Positions 37,160 through 48,705 of a stretch of DNA of 64,000 bases are shown here, one piece after another. The translations under genes were made by a program, and so were the position numbers. Numbering within the stretch: the stretch's first letter is position 1; each line of letters begins with the position of its first letter. This DNA comes from Podarcis melisellensis (taxonomy: Eukaryota): NCBI GenBank assembly GCA_964234715.1, contig OZ174281.1, one strand, 5' to 3'. A model generated the notes under the pieces. The model made no database searches and had not been told where the DNA came from. It was given only the letters and a program-made list of their open reading frames with translations.

Positions 37160-39458
37160 CCTGAGCCTGGGCAAACCTTCAGCACACCTCTTCCCTCCTT
37201 GGCAATGCCTTTGACCCCAGCAGAGCAGGAACTGAGCAGACCCAAGACATCCTGCCTTTTTAAGAGCCGAAAGCCGGTTCAGGTCAGAGAAAGGCAAGTG
37301 GATGGGAGCACCGCCCAAAACAATATTATCAGGGAGAAGAACTCTTGCCCTGCAGATACCGGCTGGAACTCACAGGGGCAGCTCCATTCTGCCCACCTGA
37401 TTGCAGGGACCGCCTAGTCCACACGGAAGGGGGCTTGTTTACAAGGGTGTACTATTTGAAGCCTTGGGCTGGCCATCCTGGGGAGTGGAGAAATCTGAGA
37501 CAAGAAAAGTGTTGAGGTGGGGGAAGAAGGAGAAACCTGACACATCTGAACCTTTGATGGGGTGGAAGCTGGAAGGATTTGCAGAAATTGGAGTAGAAAA
37601 ACTAAGGCTCTCTTGACCTAGCCCAACTCCATGTGGAGGAGATATAGGCACCTGCAAGGGGATATGAAACCTGTGACTTCCCAAACACAGATTTTGTGTG
37701 CCTCTTGAGTTGCGCCAGGGCCAAGAAGGTGACCCTCCTGACCTTTCTCATGGTCATTCAGGCAACAGATGGTTCTTATTCTTATTTTAAAAGATCAGCA
37801 ACTTTAAAAGAGTTCAGCAGGAAACCTCTAAAAGACCCCAGTTTATATTTACCTGCAAATTGCCTTGAAGTCAACAGCCTTCTTTTGTTAACTTTAACAA
37901 TGACCACTGCACATTAAGCCTATTGAATAAATGTATCCACCTATGGATAAATTAATATATGAACTGTGCAAGTTTATTGGCCTCCTGAGTTTTCAATGCT
38001 TCAGCACAAATACCTTGAGCACTTTGCCATTCTAGTTTTATCCAAGACAAAGTCCTGATCAGGCACACGGTTATGAATGATTAAAAGAAGAGAAATGCTT
38101 GTGAATCAAGGCGTTTGTAGCTGGAGGCATATATGTGACTCTCTTTGGGGATGCTTTTTTGTTTGTTTTTCTATATGGCTCTGAAGCTCTCCTCCCCCAC
38201 CTAGCCATGATTTTGGACGTGAGCATGGAATGTGGGAACAGGCCAGGGTTGTTTCAACATGATGTGATTAATGGGAACTGCTAAACGAGTCGTCCATGTT
38301 TTTGGCATGAGCAATAAATAGTGCACCTACCAGTCAGAGAAGGATTCCTTCTAGGAGGGAAAGGCCTCTAACTCCTCCTTTTTACCCACAAGAAACCCCC
38401 CTCCTCCCACCCACCCTGCTCTGTAAAAGGCAGCCTCTCTCCATACACTGAGAGAAAAACCTGCTCTTTCACGATAAATAGTAACAAACAGCAATCAGCA
38501 GAAACCCCAGTTGCTGTTTACTCCGATTCAGTGCTAAACCGCAAGTTATCCTGGGAGAAAACAGAGGGACAAACAGAAGTGTAGATGAGCCTTAAGAGAG
38601 CACCAGAGAGGCTGTGGCCCCATCAGTCTCAGCCAGCCTGGCCCGTGGTCAGGGGTGATGGGGGCTGCAATCCAGCACCCTCTGGAGGGCCACACGTTCC
38701 CCATTCCTGCATGAAAAAGAACTGGCCACAGTGGCGCAGAAGAACAAGCACTGAATTTCCCTGAGAGAGCACAGTCTTTTCTTTGATATGTTATATGATG
38801 TATTTAAAGCCCCCCCCCCATTCTGTGTGAATCACTCTGGGCATTTATTGGTAAAAGAGTAGCAGGATGAGGGTGATAAATATGCCCGTTTTAAAAGGCT
38901 CTTGGAGCCCGAGATGCAGGACCCCACCTTGTGACCACCTGAGCAAGATCCATGTTGCCCAAGGCTAAGCAATACTGAGACCCCCACTCTAATACTTCCA
39001 GAAGGTGGCCTGCAGACATTTGTTGTCTGCTACATTTGAAGAGCTACATGCCCATGTTGGAATTTATTTCAACATGTCAAACATTGACCTTGTGGTGATC
39101 TATTTCCTAGGATTTGACTGATGACTTTGGGAGTCTTCTCTCTAAGCAAAGCAAGAGAAACAGGGGAGTCACTGAGCTGATGATGACCTCTGCTCAACTG
39201 CACAGGAATGTGGGGCCAGCCCCTCCTCTGTGTTGGTAAACATCCAGGTAAACACCTGAGCAGTCTTGAGCAACGCACTGGGAGCAGATCCTAAACGGGA
39301 GACATCTTGCCAGGCAGGCCTGTGACGTTGCGTCAGCTGCGGGAAATACAAGGAAGCCCAGCACACATTCAGTCCTTCCTGCTGGGCATAAACGAGCATT
39401 TTGGGCTCTGTTGCTGTGACACAGATTGCAACATCTGTGGCTAATGAACTGATCACAC

Positions 39459-39472
39459 GAGAGAGAGAGAGA

Positions 39473-39533
<61 letters not shown>
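39459..39533. repeat. (GA)n microsatellite
   Basis: Directly visible. Confidence 0.97.
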
Positions 39534-39536
<3 letters not shown>

Positions 39537-41562
39537 TGGTGAAATGTCAAACAGGTATTCAGCTTCCGTGTCTTGCAAAACAGTGTCTGTTCACCAGATC
39601 CAGGGTTTCTCAAGCATTTATGATTAGTACTTCAAACCACGAAGGAGAAAGCCCTTGCCTACCTTCTACAGAAATGCTTGCAGAGTAAACAGTGAGTTGT
39701 ACTGGCTGTTGGGAGAGTGAAAAGGGGGCCCAGTACAGAGAGAAGCTATTGATTTGGCTAACTTCTGCAGCCTCGAAAGCCTTTCGCTGTTCTGAGGTGC
39801 TGTCAGTAAAATAATCCCTGCATCGCTAGGATGACCCCTTGAGTCCTTTCTAACTCAACAATGCTATGATACTATGATACAGAGACCTTCTCTCTTCAAA
39901 ATAACCATTATCAAGATCAGAGCTTGGAGGGGGAGGCAGCCATCTTTTCCTCTATTCAGATCATGAGGCAAATTCCTCCTTTGAAGGTGCTACTTTCATT
40001 GGAAGGAATCCCAGTACAATCCGCACCCCCACTGTAATCCTGATAATTATATTTTAACACGCCCCAAAAAACCCCAGCCATTGCCTTTTTAAAAAGCCAC
40101 ACATTAAAGATGCATTAGATATCTAATCTAGTTTGAGCCTTAGTTTCTTGAGGAAGCAAAATTACTGATAGTGAACATGTGTAAACTCTTGGATGAAGTT
40201 GTAATGCATCATTAAACTGGTAACTTATACATGTGAATCTGTGAAGAGCCTCCCTTGAAGAAGGTTTCCATTAGGATTTCCAAGGGGTGTTTGTTTGTTT
40301 GTTTGTTTGTTTGTTTGTTTAAAAAACCTTGACACCTATGCATGCAGAACTAGTTTGCTTTTCTAGCTTCTAATGCGATTTTTACATATTTTCTTCCAGT
40401 TTTAAAGAAAGTGTCCTTTGAATTTCTGAGTGACCACCCAGAGCAGCCTTGGGAATTGTAGGGGTTGCAGTGGAGAATCAGAGGAAGGCTAAGGCCTGTT
40501 TGCAGGATGGGAGTGCAATGCACAAGTGGGTGACACAGCTGGGTGTGTTTTAACCCTGAGGGTGCGGTGACCTTTGTTTTTGTTCCATTTGTGTTGCTTT
40601 TTATTTTATTATGTTTTATTTTGCATTCAAATTTTCTTCATCTTTATTTATTGTGACCTGACCAGAGAACTTTGTTATTGGTCAGCGTACAGATGCTGCA
40701 GACAAGTAAAATAAAAACAACTGTACATTTTATTGACATTCCGAAAAGAATTATTTACACATAATACAGTTTTGACTCGTTGTCCCTGGTTATTCACACT
40801 GTTTCTTAATCTCTGATTTCAGAGACAACGTAATAGTTACTTTCTTGTTGGGGTAAACAAGTGGGCGTGCGGTCTCAGCCACGCCTTGGCCTGCCAGCAA
40901 CACAGGTTGCCAGAGAGCTGAGTCACCGTCTCCTAGCCATGAGGCAGCCTCTCTGCTTCCTGAAAGGCACTGAGAGCTCAGCACATATGAAGAACCTTCC
41001 TCTCTCACACACCTGAGCTCACACAGACTCCCCCCTGTCGTAGGCTGCTGCCCTTTGTCCTTGCATCCTCCATGAGTTGGGTGGGAAATGGCCGAATGCA
41101 CATTCAAGCTTTAAAGCACATTCCAGGCACACGCCTCACCGCCAAGAACTCTGGGCACTGTGGTTTACGCCTCAACCAGTCACAATTCCCAGCAGCCCCT
41201 AGCAAACCACGGGGCCGGGATTACTTGGGGGGTGGGTGGGATATGTGCTTTGAATGTGCTTTAATGGTATAGTGTGTACATGGAGAAAGAAGTGAGCCAT
41301 TTTTGCTTCTGTAGGCTCTCTGTATTATTTGTAACCCAGGGAAGCTCACCCAAGTAGAACAGCCTCCTCATTGCAGACACCAGATGGGACAGATGAGGGC
41401 AGTGACATATCATCTTCCAGCTACCATGTACTCATGCAACATGGGAGCAGAGCGGTGCAGACACCAGAGGGAGGGGATTCTCAGAACTTGCAAGATCAGG
41501 GAAGTTGCTGCTCAGCGTGGCCCTGCTCTTGCATTGAGCTGTCCCCAGAGGCCTCTTGCTAC

Positions 41563-42467
41563 CAGGGGTGTAGCTAACTGCTCCAGCACCCAGAGTGGCA
41601 GGGGTGGGGCAATCTGCCCAAGGGGACGGTCAGGTGATCCATGCACAAGGGTGCCGCGCAGTGGCATCGCAACAGGGGCGGGGGCAAGGTACGCCCCAGG
41701 TGCCATGTCGGGGGGGGTGACAAGAAGGCACCTTGCAGGGGCTCACGGCAGCGTCAGCAGCCATTGTGCCGCTACAGCCACATGTGGAGGATCCTCCATT
41801 TGCAGCTGCAGCCGCAAGCTGAGGATCCCGGTGCCGGCAGCAAACCACTATGTACAGCACATGTGCAACGTTGCACGGATGCGCTGTACGTAATGCCGCC
41901 ACACATGCACTGTACATAGTGGTTTGCTGCTGGTGCTGCTTGAGCGCTGTACGGATGGCGGTGGAATCCCTCTGCTGCTGCTACAGCTGCATGTAGAGGA
42001 TCCTCTGCTCGCGGCTGTAGCGGCGATGGAGGGATCCCGGCACTCTCCATATGGCGCTGGAGTGCTGGGGGCAGCAAACCTCTATGTACAGCGCATATGC
42101 AGCATTGCTACATATGGCGCATGCATTGTACGTAGCGACGCCACACATGCGCCCTACATAGCGACGCCCCGCCCCGGGTGTCACGACACCTTCGTTCACC
42201 CCCTGGTGCTGTGGCAGTCCGCCCAGGGGGGCAGTGTGGCAAGCTGCCCACGGAGTCCACCCGGTGGACGCAAGCCCCACGCTGCCATTTCGGGCAGTGT
42301 GGGGCTCGAGCCGCCGCGTCACTCCCAGGAGAGACACGTGGCTCGGGCGCGCTGCAGGCCAGGCCCCACAGTAAGTGCCACCCCCCACGGTGTGTCATTT
42401 TGTCACCCCCTCAGTGATGACACCTGGGGCAGACTGCACCCCCTGCACCCCTCTTCCTACGGTCCCA
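41563..42467. mobile_element. hAT-type non-autonomous element with a palindrome-rich interior
   Basis: TIR caggggtgtag / ctacggtccca; degenerate 8-bp TSD cttgctac / tttgctag; ends resemble 54724-54850. Confidence 0.65.
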
Positions 42468-44109
42468 TTTGCTAGGGTTTGTTTCAATTGCAGACAAAAT
42501 AGCTAAGTCAAAAGCTTCATGGAAAATGCTATATTTGATTAGACGTTTGAATGAAGAAAAGCTCCTCTTTCCTAAAGGACATGACATCACTTTCTGCGAG
42601 GCCAAATGATAGCCTTTTAAAATGTCAAATAAGCAGCATTTGTTAGGCCAAGCACTGAGAAGCACCACATATGATCCGACTTACTAGTGAATGGGGTGGA
42701 TCTACTATGAAACTGATAAAGCTTAAGCTTCAAGGCCCCTCATCCTGGATTGGCCCTAATTTTTGTCTAACTTGGTTTTTAAAAATGGGTCTAGCAGACC
42801 CCATTTGAGTGGCATGACACAAGCTGATTTATTTTTTGTTGTATATATTCCAACAATCCCAAAGTTTGAGAGCAAGTAGCAGAGATGTTGTAAAAGTGTG
42901 GTGATCTGTTGTGGGACACCCCCATTGAGGAAGATAACAGTGGCTACCCAGACCTTGTTGCTGGTTGCAAAGGGGTCCCCATGGCAGTTCAAGTTTCAGA
43001 GGCCCCAAAATGTAGGTCTGCCACTGTTAGTGAATAAGATGAGCCCTTCATGTCACTACAAATTCTGCCCCACTTTTTCTTTTCTGCCAATATGTCCATG
43101 TTTTTCAGGACTGCCCAGGGCTTTGCCAGGATGCTATGAGGCATTGCTGGGTCTGTTTGTTATTTGACACCAATCACAACACACCTGCAGAGAAAGGCAG
43201 AGAAAACAAGTGGTCCTAGGCTAGCCCTACAGGTTTCTACAAAGGAGCAGCATAAGCCACTTTTGTGTATACAGTGCAAATAATTTTGCATGAGTCAAAA
43301 CAGGAGGTGTTTGGACCGTAAGCAGGTGCACCTCAATGAATTGCAGATAAGGAGGCAGGTGGAAAGTCTCCAGCAAGTGCAACAAAGGGTTTCATGTTTT
43401 AAGTGAGAGAATAGTGGGATGGGCACAGTGTGGTTGATATATCATCTACAAAAAAAATCTGTTCTTCCTTACAGAAAAGCAGTATATGTTCCCTAGAGTT
43501 TACAAAAATGCATACAACTAAATGTATGTGAACTTAGCCAGCTGATAACTATACCATGTCTGAAGAATTCACACAGTGTGAAACTGATCCCAGCAGTTTC
43601 CATGTTGGGGTAACCTGATTCTAATGTGATGTATAGAAATATTGTTTTCTTTGACAGGAGGATCAACCCTGAATTGTCTCTTGACCTCTCACTTGGATTC
43701 CCCAAACTGGTCTGGTTTTTGATCTCAGCAATTTGTTTTTGTCCTGATATAACTCCTGGCTGCCCTAAAAATCAGGCCTGAACATGGGGCTCATTCTTCT
43801 CTTGATTTGTCCTGGATGTCCCCTTTCCCCTCTTCCTCCAAGTCACAGGTAGGGAACCTGCGGTGCTCCTTCCCATTTGCATAGACTGTGGTATTTCGAT
43901 TCCCCAAGTTATTTGACTGATTTAAGTCACTAGATCCAAACGGAGGTGATGCTGTCTTATTTTCCCCTCTGGTACAAGAGGGAATGTAGCCAGATTGCTT
44001 ATACCAACAGGGACGGCAGTTCTTTCCCTTGACCTAAGAAGGATCTATTATTATGTGATGTAAACAGCCCCATGAATGGCGCTATGAAAAATTAAATACT
44101 ATTACTACT

Positions 44110-44460
44110 CTCTTCTTCTTTGGTGATCCCTCGGAGCCGAGTCAGATTGTCTTCCATAAACACGGTTTTAACACTGAATCTGTAAGTGACTGTGGAGGCC
44201 AATTCTGGACCCACACGTCTTTCCACAGTGGGGACATTGGTTCCCGGACGGGAGTTGATCACGGTGTGGATTTGCCAAGTGTGCCTTCCTCTCAGCACGT
44301 TTCTCCCTTGTGTTCTGAGTTTGAGTGTCTTCAAAGTCCATGACACCTTTGGTGAAGGCTGTTCTCCAACTGGAGCGCCCGCAGGCCAGTGTTTACCAGT
44401 TGTCGGTGTTTATACTACATTTTTTAAGATTTGCCTTGAGACAGTCTTTAAACCTCTTTT
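44110..44460 (-). mobile_element. RTE-clade LINE 3' fragment
   Basis: C-terminal CPHCGKTCGSRIGLHSHL-type coding and (gaa)n tail; same family as 53920-54460. Confidence 0.75.
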
Positions 44461-45467
44461 GTACTACTACTACTACTACTACTACTACTAATAATAATAA
44501 TAATATCTGACAAATTTGAAGAATGCATGCCCTAAAATTTTGTAGAACTATTTTTCACTATTTCCCTTCCCATTCTTTTAAGAGGCAGTTTGTGTCAAGG
44601 TAGGAGGAGACTTTAACATGTGAGCTGAATTCTACAGCCACCACCAGGTGGCAGAATGGGGCTGTCTGAAGCCTGTGATCTTTGGCCAAGCTATAGAGAG
44701 GCTTTTGATAATGTAAAATACTCTTGACAAAAAAACGAACATGTTCAGGCCTATTCTACACAATGAAGCACAGCCCAAGCCGCATTATGCTATACTTCTA
44801 TAACTTCCTGTTCAACAGCTGAATCCCATTTGGAGTGCAATGCATGGTGAGTGTGTTTTGTGAGAGAATGTATCATTCATGTTGAGAAAGAAGGGCAGTT
44901 TGTCAGACGTCGTCATCTTGTCCTTCATTTGCTCTCCAAATACTTTCGCCACTGGACCAAATAATCATGTGGCACTACGGTATTTCCCTGAATCCTAAAT
45001 TTGGCTTCCAGCCTTTTCTTATATTTAGGTTTCTGTTCCAAGTGCTGTTTTGTGTTGTGTTTTGAAATTTTTATTAATATCTGTTCCTAAAGCATCAAGC
45101 CGGCTAGTGTTAAATATCAGTCATTATGTCAGTCAGGCAATGCTTTACTTCTAGAGAGAAAAAAAGTGCCGGTATTTTGTACCCTTGAGTACCCCCAGAA
45201 AAAAGCACTGCAATGATGGAAGTTCAGCTGTCCTCAAATATAGGGTTTGGTTGCGGTGCTTTATGCCAGTAAGTTTTACTGAGAAATTAGCTGTTGAGGA
45301 GCTGAAGAGTTTAGAGAAGAGGTTCCTTTCAATTCTGCTGGAAAAAGTGAAAAGAACACAGGATCATTTAAATACATGCGTAGATTATGAACATTATTGT
45401 ATTATTGTTGTTACTATTTATTAGACTGGTTAGCTGCTTGTTGCCGAAGTAGTTCTCCAAGTGACTT

Positions 45468-45828
45468 AAGGTAAAGGTAAAGGTACCCCTGCCCATACGG
45501 GCCAGTCTTGACAGACTCTGGGGTTGTGCGCCCATCTCACTTAAGAGGCCAGGGGCCAGCGCTGTCCGGAGACACTTCTGGGTCACGTGGCCAGCATGAC
45601 AAAGCTGCATCTGGTGAGCCAGCGCAGCACACGGAAACGCCGTTTACCTTCCCGCTGGTAAGCGGTCCCTATTTATCTACTTGCACCCGGAGGTGCTTTC
45701 GAACTGCTAGGTTGGCAGGCGCTGGGACCGAGCAGCGGGAGCGCACCCCGCCGCAGGGATTCGAACCGCCGACCTTTCGATCGGCAAGTCCTAGGCGCTG
45801 AGGCTTTAACCCACAGCGCCACCTGCGT
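45468..45828 (-). mobile_element. Sauria SINE
   Basis: Reverse complement closely resembles 14043-14398; (aaaggt)n tail. Confidence 0.92.
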
Positions 45829-45989
45829 GTTTAAAACATAAACCTGACTACATAATACCATAAAAAAGTCACACAGAACATTAACATTTTTGTAATTCAA
45901 AACACTCCCTCCCAGCAGTAACAAAAAGCTTTGGCACACTAAAATTAAAATATAACCAACTCAGTCCATCAAAGGGCTCGAGAAAAGGG

Positions 45990-47580
45990 AAAGTTGGTAT
46001 TTCAACACAAAAGAGTTGCCAGTGAAAGTAACAGGCGGCCTCACTGGGGAGAGCATTGCACAGGTGGGGAACCAGAAATGGAAAGGTCCTCCCATGTCAT
46101 CACCCCTCTCGAGCTGCCCCATATGAGGGCCCTCTCAAGAGGGCCCCATACGAAGATCTAAGGGTCCAGGCAGCTTCATATTGGCAGAGGCATTCCTGAA
46201 GATACTGGGGTCCTGAGCCATAAAAAGTTTTAAAGGTCAAAAATAGCACTTCATATTGGGCTCTGAAGTGTGCAGAAAGCCAGTGTAAGTGGAACAAAAC
46301 CGGTGTTAGACAATCACCCTCAACCTGTCAACAGGTATATTCTGTGGGCAGCTTTCAAGGGCAGCCCCACATAAAGCATATTGCAACAGTCCAATCTTGA
46401 GGTTACCACAGGATAGATTACTGTAGCCAAGCTATCCCTGTCCATGTAGGGTCATAACTGGGCCAGCAGCCTAAACTGGTGGAAGGCACTATATGCCACT
46501 GAGGCCACCTGAATCTTAGGTGACAAAATGGATATAGGAGAACCCCACCAAACTATGAATTTGCTTCTCATATGGAATGGGACGCTCTCTAGAGCAGGCT
46601 GCACACAACTCTGTCAGACAGAGGAATCACCCACTAATAGCATCTCAACCTTGTCCAGATTAAGCTTCAGTTTACTGGCCCTTATCCAGTTTTGCAACCA
46701 AGCACTGATTCAGCACATCTACTGTCTCACCTGCAGAAGAGGAAAAGGAGAACTAGAGCAGTGTGTCATCAGCATTCTGATGACAGCGCACTCAAAAATG
46801 CCATATGACCCCATTCAGTGGTTTCATGTGGATGTTAAACAATGTGGGAAACAGAACTCACCCATACAGGATTCCATACTGCAGAACTCATGGAACTGAG
46901 CAATGTTTCCCAAGAACCATCTTCTGGAGCTGGCCAAGTAGGAGCAGAACCACTGCGATGTGTTGACCCCATTGTCCAACTCAGCTGCCCCACCATTGAG
47001 GATGTCAAAAGTTACAGATATCAAAGAGAATCAACAGTGTCAGACTCCCCTGTCTCTTTCCCAACACAGGTAATCGCACAAGGTGACCAAGGCAGTTTCC
47101 ATACCAAAACCAGGCATAAATCCTGATTGAAATGTAGCTAGGAACTCTGTTTCCTCTAAGAATATCTGACTGGCAGCCACCCACTCAAGAACCATATCAG
47201 ACAAGGGAACATCTGACACTGGTCTAAAATTGTTAAGATCTTCTGGGTCCAGAGAAAACTTCTTCAGTTATGGTCTTACTACTGCCTCCTGTGACTATTA
47301 CTTCTAGAAGTGAAGCATTAATTACCTCCGATGCCTATTCAGCTGCCTCTTCCCTGTCAGGTTTTATAAGCCATGAGGTGCAAGAGTCCAAGATGCAGCT
47401 CATTGTATGAACCAAGCCAAGTGCCTTGTCTATGTCCTCAGGACACAGCAACTGACACTCAGCCCACAACACCAGGAAAGAAAGCCCTCCAGACCTCACC
47501 AGGTTCACCAACTCCAACAATGGAGTCCAAATCCCAGAGGACAGAAATATTTATCTGTCTAAACGGGACATTTATCAACC
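45990..47580 (-). mobile_element. Decayed L2-clade LINE ORF2 fragment
   Basis: Broken RT/C-terminal peptides (TFKTFYGSGPQYL; SCILDSCTSWLIK); boundaries approximate. Confidence 0.7.
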
Positions 47581-47599
47581 ACAGCTTGCCTCAAATTTA

Positions 47600-48007
47600 C
47601 CGTATTTTTCGCCCTATAGGACGCACTTTTCCCCCTCCAAAAATGAAGGGGAAATGTGTGTGCATCCTATGGGGCGAATGCAGGCTTTAGCTGAAGCCTG
47701 GAGAGCGAGAGGGGTCGGTGCGCACTGACCCCTCTCGCTCTCCAGGCTTCAGGAAGCTATCCGCAAGCCTTGCACGCCCGGGGGGAGTTCCCGCGGGCTC
47801 GCAAGGTTTGTGGGCAGCAGCCTGCAGCCCACAAGCTCAGGGGACAGCGGGGAGGCAGAGCGCTGCCATCCCGCTGTTCCCCGACCTGGTTTGGATTCCC
47901 CGACCTGGTTTTGGGGGGGAAATAAAGGAAATTTCCCCCCTTTATTCCCCCCCAAAAAACTAGTTGTGTCCTATGGGCCGGTGCGCCCTATGGGACGAAA
48001 AATACAG
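47600..48007. mobile_element. Tc1/mariner-type MITE inserted beside the L2 fragment
   Basis: TA|ccgtatttttcgccctatagg ... cctatgggacgaaaaatacag|TA. Confidence 0.85.
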
Positions 48008-48654
48008 TATATTCTGTAATCTTTCCCCCTCTCAATTTAACACAATAAATAGTTCTAATTTTTGGAACTGGATGGCCAGTCTATATATAGAATAGGAATT
48101 TTTAAAAAATAGTTTTTATTTTAAAAATTATTGAGTTACAAAAGATGGTATTGTCTCCTTTTTCAGGTCATAGAGTCTTTTCTACAGATCAGTTACATTT
48201 GATGTGAGACATTAATGTTGTGTATCAGTATAATGTTGGGGGAGAAGAGGGGTGGGGGGGGGGAGAGGGTGTGGTAAACTTTCATTCTTTTACTTGGTAT
48301 ATGTGCAAGGTTTTTGTGTCAGCGTCACTTGGGTAGCTTCTCTCTCTATTCATTTCTTGGTTTTCATTGGCAGTGAGAGAGGTTGGGGGCAGCCCAGGGC
48401 ATGGCTGGGTGCCTTCAGTTGACTGCAGTGAGATTTGTTTATGTGTGAGGGAGGAAGAGATTGTTGGGTCAAGTTAGCCATATTGATTTGTATGCTGTTC
48501 TTGTTGGGTTCTTGTTGTTGTCTTGTTGGGCTGCGTGTGTAATAAAGGGGAGCCACACAGGGGTGAAGGTGTCCTCTTTCATTTGCCCCTGTGTAGAATA
48601 AGAGATTTAACTGAAAATTTCGTGGTCCCCGAGAGGGGGCAATGACAATAAAGA

Positions 48655-48705
<51 letters not shown>

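Noticed and set aside
37160-37318. N-terminal extension of SLC4A9 from the ORF-track start at 37318
   Set aside because: That start is TTG; the first ATG in good context is 37159.
39169-39336. Possible upstream SLC4A9 exon after a strong-looking acceptor (ttgtatttcccgcag|)
   Set aside because: No convincing donor and no SLC4-like peptide; it needs RNA evidence.
41384-42475. Stacked 90-183 aa ORFs
   Set aside because: They lie in a GC-rich palindromic non-autonomous transposon and show no transposase motifs.
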